A program made the position numbers and the translations under genes. Positions 1-8,336 of a stretch of 64,000 nt of DNA are shown here, piece after piece (position 1 is the stretch's first letter; the number at the start of each line of letters is the position of its first letter). This stretch comes from a phage, in sequence record NC_135728.1, one strand, 5' to 3'. The notes under the pieces are model-generated. The model made no database searches, was not told the origin of the DNA, and saw only the letters and a list, made by a program, of their open reading frames with translations.

Positions 1-63
1 TGAATTGCAGACTTGTTGAACTTATTACAGTTCTTTGCTACCGGGTTGTTCATTAAGCGCTCC

Positions 64-642
64 TCAGCGTTCATAGTAAATCTTATTTAACATTACCTCA
101 TCTTTTGCAGAAAGAATACCGAAATATGCATCACCGAATCTACCTGCAACAACCTCTGCATGATACATCACTTCGTTAATATCGTCAAGAGTGATAACTG
201 GATGACCGTATCTCTCTGAGTATTGTCTCAGAGTGCGATGTAGAGAGTCATCATCATAGGCAGACTTTTTAATATCGCAAACACGACGAATAGCCTTGAT
301 GTCGAAAAACCCTGTACGATACCAACCAAGAAAAAGGTTTCGTGCAGTGTCAACATCTACATCAATACCATCAAGAACCTTATCTACAAGATAGCTGTCA
401 TCCTTTGGACCTGCTTCCTTAGTGCGAATGTAGTTGCCATCTTTTCCAGGTGACAGCTCCTTCTCATCACCAACCTGCATGCCATCATTTGGCGGTGTTA
501 ACCACTTATCCGGATGCTTACGATCACGAGCGTTAGAATGATTACGCTGGAAACCTGGCTTCCACTTGAAAGTTTTCTCCATCTGTTCTTCATTCTGATA
601 ACGTTTTGCAATCTTTTCACGGTCATCTTTGCGTGGACTCAT
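64..642 (-). CDS. hypothetical protein (192 aa)
   Basis: Track ORF; GAGGAGG Shine-Dalgarno about 6 nt upstream of ATG at 642; no recognisable motif. Confidence 0.5.
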   Translation of the reverse strand: MSPRKDDREKIAKRYQNEEQMEKTFKWKPGFQRNHSNARDRKHPDKWLTPPNDGMQVGDEKELSPGKDGNYIRTKEAGPKDDSYLVDKVLDGIDVDVDTARNLFLGWYRTGFFDIKAIRRVCDIKKSAYDDDSLHRTLRQYSERYGHPVITLDDINEVMYHAEVVAGRFGDAYFGILSAKDEVMLNKIYYER

Positions 643-774
643 AGCTGCCTCCTCTTCAAGTTATAGAAAAACTCACTGTATCGCTTTGTAACGAGCTTTT
701 CTATCAAACTGGTGCGATTGCCTTACTTGGTATAGTTTATATGGCTGTGGAGCGATTTAGGGGCCTCATTGTCC

Positions 775-1010
775 GTTTCCACACATAAACTTTATCCAAA
801 CTCGCGCGGGAATCTCTCAACCGACTCCTTACGGCGCTGGCAAGCTTTCGTCGGTGGTCCACATTAGTGCTCGGCCTTTGGCCTGCGCTATCGCTTCGCT
901 CCCACACATGTTAACAGACCTGCATGTATGCACTTCTGTTATTGTGTGCACTATGGAGGCCCGGCATCTCGCCCCTCGTAGGCGAGTGCCAATGAAGGGC
1001 CGACACTACC
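775..1010. other. GC-rich structured non-coding island (candidate ncRNA or regulatory RNA)
   Basis: About 235 nt with no ORF in any frame, visibly GC-richer than its surroundings; nested complementary segments, e.g. GGCCC..CTCGCC-N7-GGCGAG..GGGCC. Confidence 0.3.
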
Positions 1011-1029
1011 TATAGAAAGTAATAAATTT

Positions 1030-1100
1030 AAAACATGGTACTTAGGATCTAGTATATTCTACATAAGTTAAGTATATGTACTTAGTACCATAAGTACTAG
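1030..1100. repeat. AT-rich dyad-symmetry element
   Basis: GATCTAGTA ... TACTAGATC inverted repeat and GTACTTAG direct repeats in an AT-rich stretch. Confidence 0.4.
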
Positions 1101-1145
1101 ATCTTTTATTTTTTATTATTTAGTTATTTTAGTTATATTCTTTAT

Positions 1146-1228
1146 GTGTCCGTATCACGGACAGTTAGTGTCCGTATCACGGACAGATGTGTCCGCGTGA
1201 CGGACAGTAGTGTCCGTATCACGGACAG
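1146..1228. promoter_or_regulatory. array of four tandem palindromic sites TGTCCG-N5-CGGACA (operator- or centromere-like)
   Basis: Four copies at 21-22 bp spacing; three identical (central TATCA), one with central CGTGA. Confidence 0.6.
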
Positions 1229-1302
1229 TTAATAGTTTCTGTTCCATGGTGAACATAAAACATACAAATCCTTATAGTACAGATATTTAAGTTTTTACTG
1301 GT

Positions 1303-1653
1303 CTAACCAGTTGTTGACATTCGAATAACTTCTTCTGGTGGCAAAACTTTGGAAAATGTGCATCTTTTACCTCTCCCTTGTGTGGATGTTTCAACAACTC
1401 CTGCACATTCTAAAGTTTTAACGCACGCTGCTGCTTTTGTTTTCTTTATCCCAACATCTGCTGCAATTTTCCTTGTGCTTGGTGTGAAGTGTGAATTTCC
1501 TCCAAGCTTATACCAGTTGTGCAGGTAGCAGTATACAATCTTGTCATACAAGTCAAGAACAACAACCTCCCCAGTTGTGTCATTCAAAACTTTTGACATA
1601 GATAGTATTTCAAGGGGGACTTTAAGATATAGCAGCTTATCCCCATCTTTCAT
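1303..1653 (-). CDS. small putative DNA-binding protein (HTH-like segment)
   Basis: 116 aa ORF; segment STRKIAADVGIKKTKAAACVKTLECAGVV resembles a helix-turn-helix; adjacent to the palindrome array. Confidence 0.45.
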   Translation of the reverse strand: MKDGDKLLYLKVPLEILSMSKVLNDTTGEVVVLDLYDKIVYCYLHNWYKLGGNSHFTPSTRKIAADVGIKKTKAAACVKTLECAGVVETSTQGRGKRCTFSKVLPPEEVIRMSTTG

Positions 1654-1700
1654 ATCTCCTGATTCTCCTTGTGTGGCAATTTTCTTTAAAATAGCAGGGA

Positions 1701-2255
1701 TTACTCCCTGCTGTCAATATCAAAACTCATTGCAATACGGTATGCCTCTTCTAATGGTAAGAGTCTCCCCCACACATCCCAACCGACATCAAACTGTCTA
1801 CCAAACAACTGTTGTGTGGTTCCGTGAGCATGACCGAACAGTTGGACTGATCCGTGATGCTTTCTGTTCCACGTTGCAAACTGGTAATGGCTCATACAGA
1901 TCAAATTCTTGTTGTGGCGAAGCTCGTAATAATCTACAACCTCATGACCGAACTCTTTCATAATTCTGACAGTCGTCCTTGTGTCATGGTTGCCACGAAC
2001 AAGAATAATATGTCCGTTCAACATATTTAGAATATCTGGAAGTAAGTTGTTGATATTCTTATCATTAGTGCACGCAATATCTCCCAGGTGGAACACAGTG
2101 TCTGCAGGTGACACAACTGAGTTCCACTCGGTGATGATTCCCGCATTCATACTGTCAAGATTGTGATCATATTGAGATCTGTGTTTTTGACATGAATCAA
2201 ACTCCATGACCCGCTGGTGGAGAAAGTGCGTATCGCTTGTTACAAAGTATTTCAT
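1701..2255 (-). CDS. calcineurin-like metallophosphoesterase
   Basis: Motifs SDTHF (DxH), HLGDIxxxN, GNHD, GHxH; start set at MKYFVTSDTHF with GAGGAA RBS (track ORF runs further upstream into the next gene). Confidence 0.75.
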   Translation of the reverse strand: MKYFVTSDTHFLHQRVMEFDSCQKHRSQYDHNLDSMNAGIITEWNSVVSPADTVFHLGDIACTNDKNINNLLPDILNMLNGHIILVRGNHDTRTTVRIMKEFGHEVVDYYELRHNKNLICMSHYQFATWNRKHHGSVQLFGHAHGTTQQLFGRQFDVGWDVWGRLLPLEEAYRIAMSFDIDSRE

Positions 2256-2262
2256 ACATTCC

Positions 2263-2673
2263 TCATTTAAGTTTAATGCAGTTTTTAAGCTGGCGTTCCA
2301 TACGATCCACAACCTTGTCTGGAACATCATGAATGCTTTTATTACCGTGGCGGTTTTCAACCACGATTACGGTATAACTATACCCATGACTGATTGCCAT
2401 GTCAACATATTCCTGCACATGTTTTTCTTTTGTAAACGTATTACTTACCACGATACGGTCGTATCCCATACACATCATATCTTCTACGTTATCTTTGCAC
2501 CATTTTGCTGCGAGTGTTACTTTACTTGCATCCCAGTTGTAATTGCCGTCATCGTCATACCAAAACATGTCATTCTCAAAATGTGGATACAGACCTTCTA
2601 AAGATAGCGCATTTGCCAGTGTTGATTTGCCAGACCCTGGCAGACCACGCACGATATATAGCATTTTAGACAT
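2263..2673 (-). CDS. P-loop kinase, polynucleotide 5'-kinase-like
   Basis: Walker A GLPGSGKST right after the start, as in T4 Pnk kinase domain; GGAGGA RBS before ATG at 2673. Confidence 0.6.
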   Translation of the reverse strand: MSKMLYIVRGLPGSGKSTLANALSLEGLYPHFENDMFWYDDDGNYNWDASKVTLAAKWCKDNVEDMMCMGYDRIVVSNTFTKEKHVQEYVDMAISHGYSYTVIVVENRHGNKSIHDVPDKVVDRMERQLKNCIKLK

Positions 2674-2701
2674 AGCAATCCTCCGTTTTAATTTTAATGA
2701 T

Positions 2702-2730
2702 AGTATACCTAACTGTTTTGTTAATTTCAA
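2702..2730 (-). promoter_or_regulatory. sigma70-like promoter (TTGAAA-17-TATACT) for the kinase/phosphatase operon
   Basis: Read on minus strand just upstream of the kinase RBS. Confidence 0.45.
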
Positions 2731-2791
2731 GTGTTGACACCAGGTTGTTTGTGTGGCAGGATAGACTGACAAAATGACAAATGAGGAACGT

Positions 2792-3709
2792 ATGATGAAG
2801 TATTTTAATGCAGATGACCTAGTAGACAAAGGTCTTGTAACCAGTCGGTATTATCCAGATCTTGGATTAAAGATCTATAAATATGCCAGAAAAGTATTCT
2901 ACAACAATCTGTGGCATTTGTCTCCGCGTTTACTGGAGTGCCGAGGTATTGTTGTTGGCAATGAGGGGAATGTTGTGGCATGGCCTTTCACAAAAGTATT
3001 CAACTTAGGAGAAAACTCCACCAACCTACCGGACAGTAAACTTGTTACTGCGGTAGAGAAAAAGAACGGATTCCTCGGTGTGGTATCATCTCATAAAGGT
3101 GAACTATTGTTCTCAACAACCGGGTCTCTTGATTCCCCATATTGTAACCTCGCAAAAGAAACCATCAGGGAGCAATGTGGTAATTTAGATCTTATCAAGA
3201 AGGTTATGGGCAATGAAAACATGACATTCATGTTTGAAATTTGCCACCCTTCAGATCCGCATATTGTTCAGGAAGATCATGGCGCATATTTGATAGGTTG
3301 CAGATATAATGATTCTGGAATAATGCTACCAGAAGCAGCTTTAGATGGGATTGCCAAATACCTTGGTGCAAAACGTCCTCACACTGTGCGTGAAATTCCG
3401 TTCAGCTATGCAAAAGAATTAGCTGCAGAAACAAGAGGTGAAGGGTATATGATTCGTAAGCCTTACTACCCTTATGATCTGCAGCTGAAGATCAAGTCTC
3501 CATACTATCTGGCACGGAAGGCAGTAATGAGGGGTAAAGCTTGGAAGATTTGGGATGATGATATCTTTAAACGTGTTGACGAAGAGTTTTACGGTATGGT
3601 AAAATTTATTCGTAGCAACTATACAGAAGATGTGTGGAATTGCTTATTAGAGCAGGAGCGTCGTGAGATACTGGACTACTATTTCCACAACGAGGACTAT
3701 ATGCAATGA
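2792..3709 (+). CDS. ATP-dependent RNA ligase-like nucleotidyltransferase (Rnl1/Trl1-type KxNG motif)
   Basis: Motif I-like EKKNGFLGVV (cf. Trl1 KANG, T4 Rnl1 KEDG); GAGGAA RBS before ATG 2792; divergent from the kinase/phosphatase genes. Confidence 0.55.
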   Translation: MMKYFNADDLVDKGLVTSRYYPDLGLKIYKYARKVFYNNLWHLSPRLLECRGIVVGNEGNVVAWPFTKVFNLGENSTNLPDSKLVTAVEKKNGFLGVVSSHKGELLFSTTGSLDSPYCNLAKETIREQCGNLDLIKKVMGNENMTFMFEICHPSDPHIVQEDHGAYLIGCRYNDSGIMLPEAALDGIAKYLGAKRPHTVREIPFSYAKELAAETRGEGYMIRKPYYPYDLQLKIKSPYYLARKAVMRGKAWKIWDDDIFKRVDEEFYGMVKFIRSNYTEDVWNCLLEQERREILDYYFHNEDYMQ

Positions 3710-4056
3710 AGAAGTGGATTGTGTGGCTTGATGATTTTAGAGATCCGTCAGATTATGGACTCCCAGACGCTCTGTGGCTAAAGAATTCTTCTGAGTTTAT
3801 GGATTTTCTTAATGATAAGAGAAAGCTCTACAGACGCGTATCTGAGTGGTATTTTGACAATGATCTAGGTGAAGTGCTTGAAGGGTACGACTGCTTCTCT
3901 GCGCTAGAGGAGAAATTTGTATTCGGAAAGCCACCACTTATTGACAACGTGATTATTTTCGTGCATACTTCTAATCCATCGGCAGCTCGTAAATTTATGC
4001 TTGCTGCTGACTCATTCAAGAAGTTTGGAATAGAGATCAAACAAAACATCTACTAA
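3706..4056 (+). CDS. hypothetical protein (116 aa)
   Basis: ATGA start/stop overlap with the ligase gene; no recognised motif. Confidence 0.5.
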   Translation: MKKWIVWLDDFRDPSDYGLPDALWLKNSSEFMDFLNDKRKLYRRVSEWYFDNDLGEVLEGYDCFSALEEKFVFGKPPLIDNVIIFVHTSNPSAARKFMLAADSFKKFGIEIKQNIY

Positions 4057-4064
4057 GGACATTT

Positions 4065-4826
4065 ATGCGACGACTGATTATTATCTCCGGTGCTGGTTTG
4101 AGCGCTGAATCTGGTATTCCAACTTTCCGATCTGGTAGCACTGCAATGTGGGAGAATTTCAGCATCGATGAGGTGTGCAACATCCACACCTTTGCCAAGA
4201 ACTACTATAAGGTGCATGACTTTTACAATGCACGTCGTGTAGCTCTGGGCAGTGTTGATCCTAACCTTGCACATCTTCGGATCGCTGAGTGGTATTCCCG
4301 CTGGCCTGGTCGTGTGATCAACCTTACCACCAATGTAGATGATTTGCTGGAGCGTGCTGGTGTAAAACATGAAGATATTTTACATGTCCACGGGTATTTG
4401 CCTGAAATCACCTACGAAGATGCTGAAGGTAACGATGTAATTAAAAATATCGGATACACGGAGGTAGATACAGGCAAGTATACCTGGGTTAAGCCTAATG
4501 TAGTGTTCTTCGGTGAGGTTGCTCCTAAGTATACAGACATGTATGACCTGTTGACATCTCTCACAAGCAATGATATGGTGATCCTGGTAGGTTGTTCTAA
4601 CACAGTTATTAATTTTAACTGGGAATTGTTTCCTGCTACTTGTAAAGGCACAAAACTGCTGATTGTAAACAAGTATGACTCGCAGAGTGCAGATGGAAGT
4701 GGCATTTCACGTAGCGACCTTTATCAATATGAGGATCGCGGGATCCCTGTATGGTTTAACGGTGCTGTTGACGCTTTCTCTGATAAAGCATTTATTGAAA
4801 CTGTAGAAAACTTTATGGAACTTTAA
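4065..4826 (+). CDS. Sir2-family NAD-dependent deacylase / ADP-ribosyltransferase homolog
   Basis: GAGLSAESGIPTFR (sirtuin GAGxSxxxGIPxFR), TTNVDDL, catalytic-His region LHVHGY, VVFFGE; no Zn-ribbon cysteines. Confidence 0.8.
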   Translation: MRRLIIISGAGLSAESGIPTFRSGSTAMWENFSIDEVCNIHTFAKNYYKVHDFYNARRVALGSVDPNLAHLRIAEWYSRWPGRVINLTTNVDDLLERAGVKHEDILHVHGYLPEITYEDAEGNDVIKNIGYTEVDTGKYTWVKPNVVFFGEVAPKYTDMYDLLTSLTSNDMVILVGCSNTVINFNWELFPATCKGTKLLIVNKYDSQSADGSGISRSDLYQYEDRGIPVWFNGAVDAFSDKAFIETVENFMEL

Positions 4827-4839
4827 AAGGAGACCTTTA

Positions 4840-5553
4840 ATGCTGAATACTAAACTGATCGACAACCTGGAAAAACTGTCTCAGCCTGAAAACTACCTTT
4901 GGTCTGCCAACTGGGTGGAAAACTGGAACCGTGTGGCAGCTAAAGTGAAAAAATCATACACACCATTCGAATTACAGCTTAGCTTCATTGAGGAAGAGTT
5001 CAATGAGGTTTTGGAAGAGCTGGAGAAAGGTGATGGTGGAGATCACCTGCTAAAAGAGGCCTGCGATCTTCACGTTGTCACAAGTTATGCCGCTTATCTT
5101 GTTAATGACAATCACGAAAAGTGGTCAAACCTGTTTGATAATCCACGAGGTCTTAAGTTCAAGATCGGTGAGTTCTATGATACACTGATCGCTGCGAAAA
5201 ACACATCCAAGCAAAGAGCGTCAGCTTACCGCTTAGCGGAGTTGTCAACAGCTTTGCTGTTCCAGCTTCGCGGAGATGTGTGTGGGATGATGCGGAAGGT
5301 TCTCAAATCTAATGACAGTAAGTTTGCACGGATCAACCATCTACGGCATTCACACGGTGCCAGTGCAGATATGCCTGCTGAACAACTCATCGAGTTGGAG
5401 ATTAAAGATCTTGAGCGTCGTTTTGGTGGTCGCTACGAAGGTTTCGTTGCTAAAGAGGAGTTCTACAACGGCAATAAAGTTATTATATTCCTTGACAGTA
5501 AAGGTAAGATTATGAAGCCTTCGAGCTTCAAGGATGTAACAGAGTATATTTAA
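4840..5553 (+). CDS. hypothetical protein; weak MazG-like NTP pyrophosphohydrolase resemblance
   Basis: AAGGAG RBS; segment IEEEFNEVLEELEKGDGGDHLLKEACDL resembles the MazG EExxE..D helix; assignment tentative. Confidence 0.5.
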   Translation: MLNTKLIDNLEKLSQPENYLWSANWVENWNRVAAKVKKSYTPFELQLSFIEEEFNEVLEELEKGDGGDHLLKEACDLHVVTSYAAYLVNDNHEKWSNLFDNPRGLKFKIGEFYDTLIAAKNTSKQRASAYRLAELSTALLFQLRGDVCGMMRKVLKSNDSKFARINHLRHSHGASADMPAEQLIELEIKDLERRFGGRYEGFVAKEEFYNGNKVIIFLDSKGKIMKPSSFKDVTEYI

Positions 5554-5559
5554 CAACAT

Positions 5560-5586
5560 AGCCGGGATTACCCGGCTTTACTTATT
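5560..5586 (+). terminator. rho-independent terminator
   Basis: AGCCGGG-ATTA-CCCGGCT hairpin followed by TTTACTTATT. Confidence 0.6.
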
Positions 5587-5615
5587 ATGGAAAGTATGCA
5601 GTGAGGTAGTCAGTT

Positions 5616-5924
5616 ATGTACAAGCATTCCAGAGATCTTGAAAAAGATGCTGTGTTTGGCGACCAGATGAAGGAGCTGATCAAACTTATTGGTAGAATGG
5701 AAGATAAGTTTGACACTAAAATCTACATCGATAGCAAGATCTTCAACCACAAAATATGGACAAATGTGTGTGTTGGGCTACATGGTGATAAAGATATTGT
5801 AAATTTGGTTGTAATAAAGTTCATAGTGTGGCAGAATAGGACTATACGTTATTCCGATCCACACTTACTTGTTTATCCTATAAAAGACCTACTACAGAAG
5901 GAGGACTGCAATGCCGTTATTTAA
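5616..5924 (+). CDS. hypothetical protein
   Basis: Track ORF with GAGGT RBS. Confidence 0.5.
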   Translation: MYKHSRDLEKDAVFGDQMKELIKLIGRMEDKFDTKIYIDSKIFNHKIWTNVCVGLHGDKDIVNLVVIKFIVWQNRTIRYSDPHLLVYPIKDLLQKEDCNAVI

Positions 5925-6180
5925 TCTTGCTAAACCTGTAGAAGCACACCAGTTTGACGGAAGCTCTTCATCAGTATCTGATCTGCAACGGTGGATTGAT
6001 ACTGGTGTGTTTACATCGTCGCCTGTTCGGACCAGAGATATTCGTCGCATGTGTGAGCTTATCGAGCCGTTTGGTAACCTTGTCTTGTACCAGGGAGATT
6101 GGCTAGTTGACTTTATGGGAGACTGGTTGGTAATGAGTAAAGAAGAGATGTTTAAAATTTTTAAGGAAGAGGCCGAGTAA
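5911..6180 (+). CDS. hypothetical protein
   Basis: AGGAGG RBS; stop overlaps the ligase start (TAATG). Confidence 0.5.
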   Translation: MPLFNLAKPVEAHQFDGSSSSVSDLQRWIDTGVFTSSPVRTRDIRRMCELIEPFGNLVLYQGDWLVDFMGDWLVMSKEEMFKIFKEEAE

Positions 6181-7463
6181 TGCATCAAATCAAAACAACA
6201 CTGTACGCACTGAACAAAGATGGCAGCTACCAACAGTGGAAAGTATTCACTGATGGCGAAAAGGTTATCGTAGAGTTTGGCAAGCTTGACGGTAAATTGC
6301 AGTACAAAGAGACGGTATGCACACCTAAGAACGTAGGTCGTGCCAACGAGACTACAGCTGAGCAACAGGCCGAGCTTGAGGCTATCAGCAAGTGGGAAAA
6401 ACAAGTCCGCCTGGGGTATGTTGAAAACATGGAAGATTGCGAGCAGGGTGTTGATCTTTTACCCATGCTGGTGCATGACTACCTGAAGCGTGGCAAGGCA
6501 CTTAAATTACCTTGCTGGATCTTGCGTAAGTTAGATGGTCTTCGTCTGCTTGTTGTTTTCCAAAATGGTGAGCCTAAATTTATTTCCCGTGGTAATAAGT
6601 CCTACCCTATTCAAGGAAAGCTTTTAGAGCAACTTCGTTCTTTCCATTCTACCACTAGGATTAAACAACTTGATGGGGAACTATACATTCATGGTCTTCC
6701 TTTGCAGAAAATAGTGTCTCTTGCTAAACGGTGGCGCACACAGGAAGAGATTCAGGCCGAGATCGATAAAGACTATGAGGCAGATAAAAAACGCCGTCAT
6801 GCAGCAATTAAGGCAGGCTTATCAACATACAAAAACTTCAACAAGGTAGATATTCCTGTCGATGTTGAGCCTGTTCGTGATGATTTGCGTTACGGCGGGT
6901 ACTGTAGCTACGATCTGGAGTATCACATTTTTGATATTCCTAGCGACAAGGTGTGGTGGGATCCAGAAACAGAGTCTGGGCGCTGCAAGGATCTTATGGA
7001 TGCAGAGGATACCGTTACCACTCTGATGCTTGATCATATCAAGGTTGTTGACGCAGAGCTTGCGTACACAGTTGATCATTGCGAAGAATCTGTTGGTATA
7101 TTCATGTCCGAAGGATATGAAGGTACTATCATGCGTAATTTCTGCGGTAAATATGAGTATGGTCAGCGAACATCTGAAGCATTGAAATGGAAAAAGTTCA
7201 ACGACGCAGAGGTGAAAGTTATTGACGTTGAGAAAGATAAGAATGATGAAGGTGTTCTTATCTGTGTTGACAAGGAAGGTGTTGTTGTTAAAATGAAGAT
7301 GAAAGGCACGCACGAGGAGCGTAGCTATGACAGGATGCAGGAAATGATCGGCAAGTTTGTCACCTTCAAATACCAAGCAAGGACAGAAGACAACAACTAC
7401 CAATTCCCTGTCGGTATCTGCGTCCGAAATGTTAACCCAGACACTTGGGAGGTGCTTGAATGA
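6180..7463 (+). CDS. ATP-dependent DNA ligase
   Basis: Motif I RKLDGLR (KxDGxR), motif III-like QLDGELYIHG, EGYEGTIMR. Confidence 0.8.
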   Translation: MHQIKTTLYALNKDGSYQQWKVFTDGEKVIVEFGKLDGKLQYKETVCTPKNVGRANETTAEQQAELEAISKWEKQVRLGYVENMEDCEQGVDLLPMLVHDYLKRGKALKLPCWILRKLDGLRLLVVFQNGEPKFISRGNKSYPIQGKLLEQLRSFHSTTRIKQLDGELYIHGLPLQKIVSLAKRWRTQEEIQAEIDKDYEADKKRRHAAIKAGLSTYKNFNKVDIPVDVEPVRDDLRYGGYCSYDLEYHIFDIPSDKVWWDPETESGRCKDLMDAEDTVTTLMLDHIKVVDAELAYTVDHCEESVGIFMSEGYEGTIMRNFCGKYEYGQRTSEALKWKKFNDAEVKVIDVEKDKNDEGVLICVDKEGVVVKMKMKGTHEERSYDRMQEMIGKFVTFKYQARTEDNNYQFPVGICVRNVNPDTWEVLE

Positions 7464-7586
7464 TGTAGGAAGGTTCAGCAGGTAACGGTAGCCAATTGAA
7501 TGATGGTTTTCAATCGGCACCTACATAACCACACTGTGTAGTGTTGTTGATTGTGTTAGTTATGAGTAAACTGGAGAGTATGAAAA

Positions 7587-8057
7587 ATGAAACTTGATAA
7601 AAATGTTCAACGAAAAGCTTTCTTGGATATGATCGCATATTCGGAAGGCACAGATAATGGTAGGCAACCCACTAAGGATCGGGGATACGATGTCATAGTT
7701 GGTGGCAAGCTGTTTAGCGATTACAGCAAGCATCCAGGTGTGTACGTTAAGCTAAATGCTAAACTTACCTCCTCCGCTGCTGGTCGTTACCAGGTTTTGG
7801 AGAAGTTTGCTAAACACTACATGGAACAGTTAGGATTGCCAGATTTTGGCCCTGCCAGTCAGGACAAGATTGCGTTGCAACTGATCCGTGAGTGCAAGGC
7901 TCTCGCCGACATTGACGAAGGGCGTATCCACGAGGCTATCCATAAATGCCGTTCCCGCTGGGCTTCGTTACCTGGTGCTGGATATGGTCAGCATGAACAG
8001 AAGATCGAGAAGTTGATCGAGGTGTTTAAAAAGGCAGGCGGTGTTGTCCTTGATTGA
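7587..8057 (+). CDS. endolysin, lambda R-type lytic transglycosylase
   Basis: Near-colinear with lambda R: QRKAFLDMIAYSEGTDNGRQ, GYDVIVGG, RYQVL, WASLPGAGYGQ. Confidence 0.9.
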   Translation: MKLDKNVQRKAFLDMIAYSEGTDNGRQPTKDRGYDVIVGGKLFSDYSKHPGVYVKLNAKLTSSAAGRYQVLEKFAKHYMEQLGLPDFGPASQDKIALQLIRECKALADIDEGRIHEAIHKCRSRWASLPGAGYGQHEQKIEKLIEVFKKAGGVVLD

Positions 8058-8060
8058 TCA

Positions 8061-8089
8061 TTGACATAACCACAAGGACGTGGTATTGT
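8061..8089 (+). promoter_or_regulatory. sigma70-like promoter TTGACA-17-TATTGT with palindromic spacer
   Basis: Spacer contains CCACAAGGACGTGG. Confidence 0.45.
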
Positions 8090-8120
8090 TACCTCATAAA
8101 ATGTTTAGGAGGGCTTAACC

Positions 8121-8327
8121 ATGAAAGATTTTCTGTTGGCAATTTTGTTCATGGCAGCATGTCTGGCCTGTGGTGTCGTGTTTGCAGGTGAAACAGCGTA
8201 TCTTGTCGATGTATATCGGGACAATGGTAAACGTATTTGCCTTTATGAGACAAGTCAAGGTGAGCTCTACGAGCTTGTGAAACAAGGCGAGGCTGGATCT
8301 TGTCCTCGCACCCATTTCTTTGAATGA
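8121..8327 (+). CDS. small lipoprotein (possible spanin-like lysis accessory)
   Basis: AGGAGG RBS; N-terminal signal with lipobox-like LACG; directly downstream of the endolysin. Confidence 0.5.
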   Translation: MKDFLLAILFMAACLACGVVFAGETAYLVDVYRDNGKRICLYETSQGELYELVKQGEAGSCPRTHFFE

Positions 8328-8336
8328 GGAGAATAC

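Noticed and set aside
2734-2762. Rightward promoter for the RNA ligase gene from the TTGACA at 2734
   Set aside because: Consensus -35 but no acceptable -10 at 16-19 bp spacing (CAGGAT); the ligase may be transcribed from further upstream or from a non-sigma70 promoter.
4840-5553. Confident MazG assignment for ORF 4840-5553
   Set aside because: Only a short EExxE..D-like helix resembles MazG; without a profile search this is kept as a tentative note.
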